From: a virus
Length of the DNA stretch: 64,000 nucleotides
Reading direction: 5' to 3' (one strand)
Virus record (IMG/VR): IMGVR_UViG_3300031718_000005
Span: 1-64,000 of that record
Under the pieces are notes generated by a model. It searched no databases. It was given only the letters and a program-made list of their open reading frames with translations, and was not told where the DNA came from. This document shows, piece after piece, positions 36,541-44,309 of this stretch. Position 1 is the first letter of the stretch. The number at the start of each line of letters is the position of its first letter. Made by a program: the position numbers and the translations under genes.

Positions 36541-38252
36541 AAATAATTGCCCTGCTTCTTTTAGTGTTCGCACCGCTGATGGCCCAATATGTCCCTACTC
36601 CAAATCCAGGGGACCCGATCAAGATCGCTGCTGGTGGTGGCGGCGGCTCCGGAACGGTAACTAGCGTAACCATCAATGGCACCGCGAGCCAAATTACGGC
36701 CACTGGCACCTGCACTGGCACGACGACGATCACTTGCACGCTGTCCCTGCCTAGCGCACTGGTGCTTCCTGGCACGATTGACGGCCTGACGATCACCACC
36801 ACAACAGGCACTCTGACTATCGCTGCGGCTAAGGTGTTCACAGTTAACAACACGGTCACGATAACGGGAACGGACGGCAGCACGCTTAACATCGGCGCGG
36901 GCGGAACGCTTGGATCGAATGCGTTCAACAGTACCGCGTTCGTGCCGACGACCACGACCGTGGCGGGCCATGCTTTGAGCAGTAACGTCTCCATCGCCTG
37001 TGCGGATTTGACCAACGCATCTGCTGCATGTAGCAGTTTGAATAATTTATCGCTAACCGGAACACCAACCGCTCCTACCCCAGCGGCAACCGACAACAGC
37101 ACTACGATCCCCACCACTGCTTATGTCACCACGGCTATCACGAATGCGGTAAATGCTGCTGCTGGACGCGATCTAGTGCAGGCAGCTACGGCGGCGGTGT
37201 TGCCCAACACTCCGACGTTCACGCATGTCGATGCAGGCGTCGGTTCGTTCTTTACCTCAAGCACTAATTCCGTGTTGGTAGTAGACGGCTACACGCCTCT
37301 ACTGCTGGACAGGATTCTGGTGAAGAACCAGGCGACGGCGGCGAACAATGGCATCTATTCGGTCACTCAGCTTGGCGTGGCTGCTGTGACACCGTGGATC
37401 TTGACGCGCACGCTCGATTACGATCAACCTTCGGATATGAACAACACGATTGTTCCGGTAGCGAACAATGGAACCACTAATCCTAAGAGTTCCTGGATCA
37501 TGACTTCGGTTGTGGCGACCGTCGATACTGATGCGGTTAATTTTGCGCCCTTCACTCCAAACGGGGCCAATATTGTTACTGCATCGTCACCAGGAGTCGG
37601 GCTGTGCCATTTCGCCGGGGGCACGCAGGCGTGTACTAGTTCGGCAGTGGTTAATGCCGACATCGCTAATTCTACTATTGATCTGACTACTAAAGTAACC
37701 GGAGTACTGCCATTAGCCAATGGAGGTGGAATCACGCTTACCTCTTATCCAGTAGGGGTAAATATAAGTGCTGGCATTCATGCACCAACTAGCAATGCAA
37801 CTATCGCATGGTCGTTTGATATTTTATCACCTGTATCATTCTCCAAGATACTTCTGGTAATACACGGTGCAGACACGAACGCCGGATCGTTTAATTGTCC
37901 AAATTTATCTGGTGTTAACCAAACCTCCGTGCAGTGCTATGATTGGGGAATTGCCGACTCTTCCGGTGTACTAAAGGCGGATGTCGGACCTCACCAAGTA
38001 AATTCTCCGACCGTTGCCGACTTATCAATAGCACAAGGAACCGTGACTATTTCTCCAGGTAGGTATTTCTTTATCATCACAGGCACAGCAGCTTCAGCAG
38101 ACTTGTACTTCACTGGCCCCAGCCTATATTTCTCCGGGGCGTGCGGAATAAATGAGAGCCAAGCTACATCTGGAGGGCAATTAGTGTCATTCACTCCGGC
38201 ATCTCTGTCGTGGGGACAATGCGATTGGCCACTGATACAGTTACACCAATAG
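36537..38252 (+). CDS. tail fibre protein with an N-terminal signal-peptide-like segment
   Basis: LTGTPTAPTPAATDNSTTIPTTAYV is the classic tail-fibre motif. N-terminus is MKIIALLLLVFAPLMAQ. The 3' third is low in GC. Confidence 0.75.
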   Translation: MKIIALLLLVFAPLMAQYVPTPNPGDPIKIAAGGGGGSGTVTSVTINGTASQITATGTCTGTTTITCTLSLPSALVLPGTIDGLTITTTTGTLTIAAAKVFTVNNTVTITGTDGSTLNIGAGGTLGSNAFNSTAFVPTTTTVAGHALSSNVSIACADLTNASAACSSLNNLSLTGTPTAPTPAATDNSTTIPTTAYVTTAITNAVNAAAGRDLVQAATAAVLPNTPTFTHVDAGVGSFFTSSTNSVLVVDGYTPLLLDRILVKNQATAANNGIYSVTQLGVAAVTPWILTRTLDYDQPSDMNNTIVPVANNGTTNPKSSWIMTSVVATVDTDAVNFAPFTPNGANIVTASSPGVGLCHFAGGTQACTSSAVVNADIANSTIDLTTKVTGVLPLANGGGITLTSYPVGVNISAGIHAPTSNATIAWSFDILSPVSFSKILLVIHGADTNAGSFNCPNLSGVNQTSVQCYDWGIADSSGVLKADVGPHQVNSPTVADLSIAQGTVTISPGRYFFIITGTAASADLYFTGPSLYFSGACGINESQATSGGQLVSFTPASLSWGQCDWPLIQLHQ

Positions 38253-38285
38253 GAACGTCAGATCAGGTAACACCTAACTTTTAGT

Positions 38286-38681
38286 ATGTCACACTGCAAT
38301 AATATTTCAGGATTAGGATTATACCCGGTGGAGAGGACGGCTTCCATCAACACCTCGAATTCCCTCGCCCGGCGGCAGGCGGTGTTGCCACAAAAGAGGA
38401 TACGTAGTCGTTGTTTGGCTTGCCGCCGGATGCTAGACAATACATATCGAAAGAAGACGAGGAAGCACTGTAGCACGAGATGTCGCTGGATTTACAATAA
38501 GCGAATGTCTCGATTCCGTAAAACCGGACGGTTGGCGGGCATAGTCCGCTGCGAAAATATGGACTGCGGGAAATTGTTCAGACAAAAGAGAATTAGCCAC
38601 CGCTACTGTTGTGACTTTTGCCGCTGGCGAGACTATTTCGTTATTAGCTCCGATTACCATCCAAGAAAGAAGGCGGCGTGA
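38286..38681 (+). CDS. Arg/Cys-rich double zinc-finger protein
   Basis: CLAC-x13-HCSTRCRW and C-x4-C-x13-YCCDFCRW. Low GC. Resembles the YacG-type CxxC...FCSxRC pattern, at motif level only. Confidence 0.45.
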   Translation: MSHCNNISGLGLYPVERTASINTSNSLARRQAVLPQKRIRSRCLACRRMLDNTYRKKTRKHCSTRCRWIYNKRMSRFRKTGRLAGIVRCENMDCGKLFRQKRISHRYCCDFCRWRDYFVISSDYHPRKKAA

Positions 38682-39289
38682 GGCTTTTGTTAGCGATTCT
38701 TCTACTTGCGAATTCAGTCCGCGCTGAATCCTTTTGGAGTCGCATTGCGAACTTCTTCGCGCCCAACGCGCCACTTACGATCACTACTACGGCTTTACCA
38801 ATCGGCCAAACCGGAACGGCTTACAGTACCACGTTAACAGCCTCGGGCGGCAAGACACCTTACCGCTGGTCGATCCAGCCTTTAGCCACATTGCAGGCCG
38901 CAAACCTTACTCTTTCAGGTGCTACGCTATCGGGCGCATCTTCAGTCGTGGTCAACGGGACAGCGCTCAATATATACGTGTTGGACAAGACCGGGAGGCA
39001 AGCTTTTGTGTCACTGCCTCTCGCGATTTGCGCTCCATTCTTGGTGGCTAATGCCTCGCCACTCCCGCAAGGATCGCTTGGACAGCCTTACAAAGTTCAA
39101 TTCATCACGTCCGGCGGGTTCAAAGCTCCTGGATTGACATGGAGCGTTTCAGGTACGCTTCCAACTGGTTTGACGCTAGATTCCGCCACTGGAATCTTGA
39201 GCGGAGTTCCGACTACCGCAGGATCTTTCAGCATTACCGCAACCGCGAGCGATGGAGCGGCAAGCAATCCTCCGTCCTGTAACCCCTGA
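38678..39289 (+). CDS. secreted protein with two putative Ig (He_PIG-type) domains
   Basis: GTG start. MRLLLAILLLANSVRAES. LPIGQTGTAYSTTLTASGGKTPYRWS and GTLPTGLTLDSATGILSGVPTTAGSFSITATASDG. Confidence 0.75.
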   Translation: MRLLLAILLLANSVRAESFWSRIANFFAPNAPLTITTTALPIGQTGTAYSTTLTASGGKTPYRWSIQPLATLQAANLTLSGATLSGASSVVVNGTALNIYVLDKTGRQAFVSLPLAICAPFLVANASPLPQGSLGQPYKVQFITSGGFKAPGLTWSVSGTLPTGLTLDSATGILSGVPTTAGSFSITATASDGAASNPPSCNP

Positions 39290-39302
39290 TTTATAAGCGC
39301 AT

Positions 39303-39665
39303 ATGCGTAACCAAATGAAATCTCTTGTAGTTTCGTTCTTGTTTCTCAGTCAAGCCATCGGGCAGACCGCCCACGTCGCCACCTTGCAGTGGACCGACTC
39401 CATCAATCCACCGGGAACGCTCTACAACGTGTACCGAGTCGTTGGTACTTGCCCGCCCGCAACGCCAAGTCCGCCAATAAATGCAGTGTTCACTCGCATA
39501 GCCAGTATGCTTGGTGCTCTGACTTATCAAGATAAGACGATCACCACGGGGACTTTTTGTTTTGCCGTGAGCGCAATTTCAAATGGCGGCGAGAGCGGTC
39601 TATCAAACGTGGTGCAAGTAACCGTGATATCTGCTCCTACTGGTTTGACGGTGGTGATTCAGTGA
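39303..39665 (+). CDS. secreted FN3-like domain protein, apparently truncated
   Basis: MRNQMKSLVVSFLFLSQAIGQTA. LQWTDS...YNVYRV...FCFAVSAISNGGESGLSNVVQVTV, then SAPTGLTVVIQ-stop, which is the start of a second FN3 domain. Confidence 0.6.
   Translation: MRNQMKSLVVSFLFLSQAIGQTAHVATLQWTDSINPPGTLYNVYRVVGTCPPATPSPPINAVFTRIASMLGALTYQDKTITTGTFCFAVSAISNGGESGLSNVVQVTVISAPTGLTVVIQ
39585..39665 (+). repeat. 81-nt direct repeat, copy A
   Basis: Starts GGCGGCGAGAGCG and ends GGTGGTG.T.CA.TGA. About 70% identical to copy B by hand alignment. Both copies end in TGA. Confidence 0.7.
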
Positions 39666-40213
39666 AAAGATGTCCTGGTTGTAAAGAAACCAAACAAGCA
39701 GCAGACTTCCACAAGGGTAGAGACAATAAGGATGGACTGCAAACACGGTGTAAATTGTGCAAGGCTTCGGCGCGTAAGAAGTTTAGAGAGCAGTATCCCG
39801 AAAGAGTTAAAGCTCGGGAGAGTAGGGCATATGCGCGGTTGGTGGCTGAAGGAAAGGCCAACACACACTACCTGAGGCACTTCGAGAGGTATCGCGACGA
39901 GTGGCTCACGAGGCGCTATGGAATAACCTACGCCGATTACCAGAGAATGTTAGAACTTCAGAAGGGTCTATGTGCGATCTGCAATAGGTCCGCAAAACTG
40001 GACGTTGACCACAACCACGAAACAGGCCGAGTCCGTGGGCTGCTTTGTAGAAAGTGTAATCTAGGGATAGGTTATCTTAAGGATGACCACGGGCTGTTGC
40101 TGAAGGCATACCGGTATCTAGTTGCATTCGACGGCGGCGAGAGCGCTCAGTCCAACACGGCGCAAGCAGTTCTGATTTCGCCGCCAACGGGACTTACGGT
40201 GGTGGTACAATGA
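39662..40213 (+). CDS. recombination endonuclease VII family nuclease (free-standing)
   Basis: CAICNRSAKLDVDHNHETGRVRGLLCRKCNLGIGYL. GTG at 39662 with GGTGGTGA upstream. Lower GC than the flanking sequence. Confidence 0.8.
   Translation: MKRCPGCKETKQAADFHKGRDNKDGLQTRCKLCKASARKKFREQYPERVKARESRAYARLVAEGKANTHYLRHFERYRDEWLTRRYGITYADYQRMLELQKGLCAICNRSAKLDVDHNHETGRVRGLLCRKCNLGIGYLKDDHGLLLKAYRYLVAFDGGESAQSNTAQAVLISPPTGLTVVVQ
40133..40213 (+). repeat. 81-nt direct repeat, copy B
   Basis: Encodes GGESAQSNTAQAVLISPPTGLTVVVQ-stop, compared with GGESGLSNVVQVTVISAPTGLTVVIQ-stop in copy A. Confidence 0.7.
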
Positions 40214-40280
40214 ACACTACTGTCACGGCGCTCGCCGGGGCACCCACATTTTGGAACGGTTCTCTCGCTAGAGCCGGGGG

Positions 40281-40517
40281 GTGCCCCGGTTCCGAGACGG
40301 TGGTGTGGTGAAATACCTCGCACTCACCGTCGCACTCTTGCAGTCGCCTCCGTCCAACCTGCAAGTATTCGTGGGCAGGCAATTCTGCATTGCCGATAAC
40401 AACTGCTACACGCTAGTCTACGTCCCGATTCCATGGATAGACCCGAAGGACATCAAGCCAGAGTACGACGAAATGGTTATCGATGGCGTGGTGTGGGGCT
40501 GGGGGCACTTGCCTTGA
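40281..40517 (+). CDS. hypothetical protein, possible FN3 remnant
   Basis: Contains LLQSPPSNLQVFV, similar to the repeat-encoded ISPPTGLTVVV. Start uncertain. Confidence 0.3.
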   Translation: MPRFRDGGVVKYLALTVALLQSPPSNLQVFVGRQFCIADNNCYTLVYVPIPWIDPKDIKPEYDEMVIDGVVWGWGHLP

Positions 40518-40744
40518 AAGCGAACTATTTTCGGGACTACGCGCGGAAGTGGCGTGCTCAGAACCGCGAAAGGTACAACGCACAAGCGCGGGAGTACAAC
40601 CGCCGGTGGCGCATCATGAACAGGGAAAGATACAACGCTTGGGCAAGAGAATATCAGCGTGACCGAAGGACCAATGGCCGCAAATGGGCGTATCAAGGAT
40701 TGGGCCAAGTAGCCATCGAGATCCTGAATTCGCTGGGGACATGA
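40514..40744 (+). CDS. basic repeat protein (RERYNA-x-AREY repeated)
   Basis: TTGA coupling. ARKWRAQNRERYNAQAREYNRRWRIMNRERYNAWAREYQRDRR. Confidence 0.3.
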   Translation: MKANYFRDYARKWRAQNRERYNAQAREYNRRWRIMNRERYNAWAREYQRDRRTNGRKWAYQGLGQVAIEILNSLGT

Positions 40745-40748
40745 ACTG

Positions 40749-41219
40749 ATGGACCCAGCCGTCGTGCCTGTCAGTGAACTTCTGAAACTCGGAGCAGCCC
40801 ACGTGCAGATTCCGTCTGATGCGTTACCGGCGTTCATGCTGTCTGGGGGTGACGAGCAGCTATCCGCAAACATGCTAGGCCTTACGGTGGGACAGTTATT
40901 GGCGGCGCAGTTCGGAATGCACATCACGACCCGAGACTCACGGTTTGAAGATGTGCGGCATGACCAAAACGGCTGGCATCGGGACGAACACCCCAAGAAC
41001 TTCAGCGCGGATGCCTTCGCTAAGATGGTCCTTCCGTTTCCGATCGAATTGAATCCGCCAACCGTGGTGAGGCTTTTTAGTGGCCATAAAGTTCAAGCTC
41101 CTACTGGATTCGTAACATTGCTGCTTTGTCATCCTCGGGCTGTCTGGCACCGGGCAGATAACATTGGGGCGGAGAGGCGCACGGTTCTAACGCAAGGGTT
41201 CGATCTGAAGAGAATATGA
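40749..41219 (+). CDS. PhyH-like 2OG-Fe(II) oxygenase (short)
   Basis: NGWHRDEHP (WHxD/E) and CHPRAVWHRADNIGAERR (H.s.N.s...R pattern). 156 aa. Confidence 0.4.
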   Translation: MDPAVVPVSELLKLGAAHVQIPSDALPAFMLSGGDEQLSANMLGLTVGQLLAAQFGMHITTRDSRFEDVRHDQNGWHRDEHPKNFSADAFAKMVLPFPIELNPPTVVRLFSGHKVQAPTGFVTLLLCHPRAVWHRADNIGAERRTVLTQGFDLKRI

Positions 41220-41578
41220 ATCTACCCGCAAACCTAGGCACGCTTGATTGGTCGAACTGGCTGCGAGGCGTTATTGGTGGCTTCATCGGTGGTGGGGCTG
41301 GCGCGTTCGGAGCTGGTAGTTCTGCCATGTTGTTCCTCGATCCCGCTTACCTTGCCAGCCATGGAACCGGGATTGTGCTAAAACTCATGAGTGGAACCTT
41401 CCTAATCAGCGGCATCACCGGTATGATGCTATTCCTTGCCAAAGAGCCGATCCCATCAAAGATCAAGACAGTCGAAACAACGAAGGAGACCACCCAAGTG
41501 GGCACAAAGGCTCCGACTGTTGTCGAGACCGTCAAGGAAACTGTCGTTCAATCGGTGCCAACAGAGCCGAAGTCATGA
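41216..41578 (+). CDS. membrane protein, holin candidate
   Basis: G-rich TM segment VIGGFIGGGAGAFGAGSSAMLF plus a second TM GTFLISGITGMMLFL. Hydrophilic tail. Confidence 0.45.
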   Translation: MNLPANLGTLDWSNWLRGVIGGFIGGGAGAFGAGSSAMLFLDPAYLASHGTGIVLKLMSGTFLISGITGMMLFLAKEPIPSKIKTVETTKETTQVGTKAPTVVETVKETVVQSVPTEPKS

Positions 41579-41709
41579 GACGCGATCCGCTCCTGGTGGT
41601 CATCGTTGCCGCTGCCCTACTCGCCTTCCTCTATGCTTTGAGCATCATCGCCTATAACAGGCTCAAGGGCTGGCGGAACAGGCGACACTTCAGGCAGGGG
41701 AACGAATGA
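41575..41709 (+). CDS. small single-TM protein (44 aa)
   Basis: ATGA coupling. MRRDPLLVVIVAAALLAFLYALSIIAY followed by a basic tail. Confidence 0.4.
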   Translation: MRRDPLLVVIVAAALLAFLYALSIIAYNRLKGWRNRRHFRQGNE

Positions 41710-41712
41710 CCC

Positions 41713-42051
41713 ATGGGAAAAATATCAGACGTAGAATCCCTACGCCGGGAAATTGCCATTTTGAAGGAAATGGCCCAGGTCAAGTGGGACAGCCACTTCC
41801 GGGAGCACAGTATTGAACGTGAGGCCGTTCAACTTGCCCATGCGGATATGGACCGGCGGCTGAACGAAATGAACAGGCTGAAAGAACAAATGGCGGCTTC
41901 GGATGCGAAGTACATCCCGCGTCCCGAATACGACGCAAACCATAAGACTTTGGAGGTTCGGGTTGACTCCTTGGCCAAGCTGGTTTACATCGGTCTAGGC
42001 GGCGTGATGGTGATCTCGGGATTTTTTAGTTGGTTTTTCAGTAAGCATTGA
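41713..42051 (+). CDS. coiled-coil protein with a C-terminal TM anchor
   Basis: 112 aa ending LVYIGLGGVMVISGFFSWFFSKH. Confidence 0.5.
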   Translation: MGKISDVESLRREIAILKEMAQVKWDSHFREHSIEREAVQLAHADMDRRLNEMNRLKEQMAASDAKYIPRPEYDANHKTLEVRVDSLAKLVYIGLGGVMVISGFFSWFFSKH

Positions 42052-42085
42052 AATATAAGGGTTTTAGGTTACACTTGAACTTCAA

Positions 42086-42397
42086 ATGAACAACACGCCG
42101 CCAACGGTCGAGGATTTTCCGTGGCGAATCGTTGCATTCCTGGGTAGCCTCTTTGCGTTCACGCCGTTGATACGCTACGTAGCTGGCTACCTCCGCGAAG
42201 CCAGAATGAAAGAATTGCGGGAATGGTTTCGCACCGAAGACGGTAAGGCTTTTATGGTGCAGTTGTTTTTGGACACGCTTGAGGACGAGGACCGTTACAT
42301 GCGTGACTACCTAGAGGACTGGTGGTGTAACCGCCACAACCGAGACAGGAGCAGACCAAGTGAAGAACCTCGCAAATTGGATCGACCGGGCAATTGA
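42086..42397 (+). CDS. N-terminal-TM protein
   Basis: 103 aa with FPWRIVAFLGSLFAFTPLI. Confidence 0.45.
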   Translation: MNNTPPTVEDFPWRIVAFLGSLFAFTPLIRYVAGYLREARMKELREWFRTEDGKAFMVQLFLDTLEDEDRYMRDYLEDWWCNRHNRDRSRPSEEPRKLDRPGN

Positions 42398-42545
42398 ATC
42401 AGCCACGCCGGAAACACTTCCAGTCGTACTGAATCGTATTCAGTGGGAGATAAACAAGGCCCTGGAGGACGCTGGCGACACGCGGACAGAGTATATGGCA
42501 GACTCACCACCTCCACAGTGTCCGACATGCCCTCCGACGCCATAG
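42360..42545 (+). CDS. small hypothetical protein
   Basis: GTG start. 61 aa ending CPTCPPTP. Overlaps the upstream gene by 38 nt. Confidence 0.35.
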   Translation: MKNLANWIDRAIESATPETLPVVLNRIQWEINKALEDAGDTRTEYMADSPPPQCPTCPPTP

Positions 42546-42548
42546 AAC

Positions 42549-43244
42549 GTGAATACAGACGTGACCGCAACCAATGCGCTTTGGCTGTCCGCTGACGTGG
42601 CGGAAGCCTGCTTAATGGTTTACTTCTGGATCAAGCTACGCCGGTTGTTTCCCTGGTTCATCATGTACGTCGCCTTGGACATCGGTTGCGCCTTGTTCTT
42701 AGCCGGTGTGCTTCTAGCGAATAGCCGCCTCTACAGCGATGTGTGGATCGCCCACGAATGGCTGTTGGCGTTGCTGGAATTAGTAGTTTCCATCGAAGCG
42801 CTCCGGCGCATGAATCAGGTCGCGGCGTACAGTCCCAGGAACCTGCTCTTTGTCGGTTCACTCTCAGCAGTGCTAATCCTTGTCGGCTCGTGTCTGTTCA
42901 CTTCGTCCCCGCGTTGGCCGGGGGACGTGCTGGAGCCTATCAATTTCGTGCGTGGCGGGTTCCAAGCGTGGCTCGGCATTACACTGTGGTATCTGTGGGC
43001 TATTCCCTGTCGCCAAGGGCAGCGTTGGAGCGTCCAAGGGCGTCAGATGCTCATGCTGTCCATCTACATGCTAGCGGCAAGCGTAGAGGCGTTCTCAGAG
43101 AATCACCTATGGACAGAAGGGAAGCCGATACCGGGTGATATCATCATGGGGATATCGCTGGGGATTTTCCTTCTATGGGCGCTCGTCATGTGGTTTAGGC
43201 CTTCACGACTTCCTCGCACCATTCAGCAGCACGATCAACAATAA
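42549..43244 (+). CDS. polytopic membrane protein
   Basis: 231 aa with about six hydrophobic segments. Last plus-strand gene of the late block. Confidence 0.55.
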   Translation: MNTDVTATNALWLSADVAEACLMVYFWIKLRRLFPWFIMYVALDIGCALFLAGVLLANSRLYSDVWIAHEWLLALLELVVSIEALRRMNQVAAYSPRNLLFVGSLSAVLILVGSCLFTSSPRWPGDVLEPINFVRGGFQAWLGITLWYLWAIPCRQGQRWSVQGRQMLMLSIYMLAASVEAFSENHLWTEGKPIPGDIIMGISLGIFLLWALVMWFRPSRLPRTIQQHDQQ

Positions 43245-43279
43245 AGCGCAGGCCAGCATCAGGGCCACGGGTAGAGCGG

Positions 43280-43555
43280 TCATCGCTTCACCAGCCTTGC
43301 CGGAACTTTCAGCATGAAGGAGAAGGGGCGCATATCGCGACGACAAGTGTTATCGAAGTCCTCAATGAATGTGCATGCTTTATTCGAGAGCGCCAGCCAC
43401 ATTTGCCCGATGCGTACACATGACGTAGTAACGTACGGAGGTCGCGTTACTCTTCTAGTAATAGCGCGCGCAACAGGGCATGTATCGCATCGACCTTTGG
43501 CACCATCACGGATGTCCCTCGCCGTCACGTTGACGCGGATCGTGCTCAGTTTCAT
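43280..43555 (-). CDS. hypothetical protein
   Basis: The ATG at 43555 is preceded by AAGGAGGG. MKLSTIRVNVTARDIRDG...CDTCPVARAI. Confidence 0.55.
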   Translation of the reverse strand: MKLSTIRVNVTARDIRDGAKGRCDTCPVARAITRRVTRPPYVTTSCVRIGQMWLALSNKACTFIEDFDNTCRRDMRPFSFMLKVPARLVKR

Positions 43556-43722
43556 TTTCCCTCCTTCAGCGGCGGATAGATCAGCCACAGCGGGTCGCCG
43601 AGGAGCATTCCGGCGTGATGATTGAGGTTATACGTTAGTAGCGCGCCGATCTTGGCGTCTTCCTCGCATACGTTGAATACCGCTCCGGTTCCGTCCGTTG
43701 CGACTGCGCGGGTCCCGTTCCT

Positions 43723-43965
43723 TCATGGCCGTATTATTCTACTTCTGATCGCTTCACCTGAAACTGCCATACGTTCAAGCGTGCTGATAATAACGGCACT
43801 CTTGTGTTTGCATACAAGGCTCGGGAGTTTCTCAACAATCTCGCGAACCGTTAATGGGTTTCGTGCGGCTTTAAGAATGCGGCGAACGTCCTCGGTTAAG
43901 CCCTCTTGTTTGGGAGTAACTCCATACCGCCATACGTATTTCGTTCGCGCCATGTTATCGTTCAT
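43723..43965 (-). CDS. winged-helix-like small protein
   Basis: 80 aa. LTVREIVEKLPSLVCKHKSAVIISTLERMAVSGEA. Its TGA stop is followed by 56 open in-frame codons. Confidence 0.45.
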   Translation of the reverse strand: MNDNMARTKYVWRYGVTPKQEGLTEDVRRILKAARNPLTVREIVEKLPSLVCKHKSAVIISTLERMAVSGEAIRSRIIRP

Positions 43966-44309
43966 GGCTCACCGCCGTGCATGACATCTTCTGCCAGCTT
44001 CTCGCGGGATCGCTGGGCGCTGGGAAGCGAATCAAGAGCGGCACGCAATTCCAATACCGGGCATGTGCTTTCGTGCTGAACCTCGTCTGGCGTTGCTTCA
44101 TCCGTCCTGCCACAGTATTCGCAGTGTAGAAAGTTTCCGTGCGCGTCGGCCTCGTTTGAACCTTGCCAGCCGATCATCGGGCGCAATCTCTTCAACACGC
44201 CTTCCAGTTTCACGATGCGTCGTTTAGCCGCTTCGGCGTTGTTATTGGCAAGTTTCAGATAGCTTTCCTGGAAGTATTTCTTGCCGTCTTTTTCGATCCA
44301 GTCGCTCAT
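43962..44309 (-). CDS. hypothetical protein
   Basis: 115 aa with CEYC...H..C. ATGA-type coupling. Confidence 0.5.
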   Translation of the reverse strand: MSDWIEKDGKKYFQESYLKLANNNAEAAKRRIVKLEGVLKRLRPMIGWQGSNEADAHGNFLHCEYCGRTDEATPDEVQHESTCPVLELRAALDSLPSAQRSREKLAEDVMHGGEP

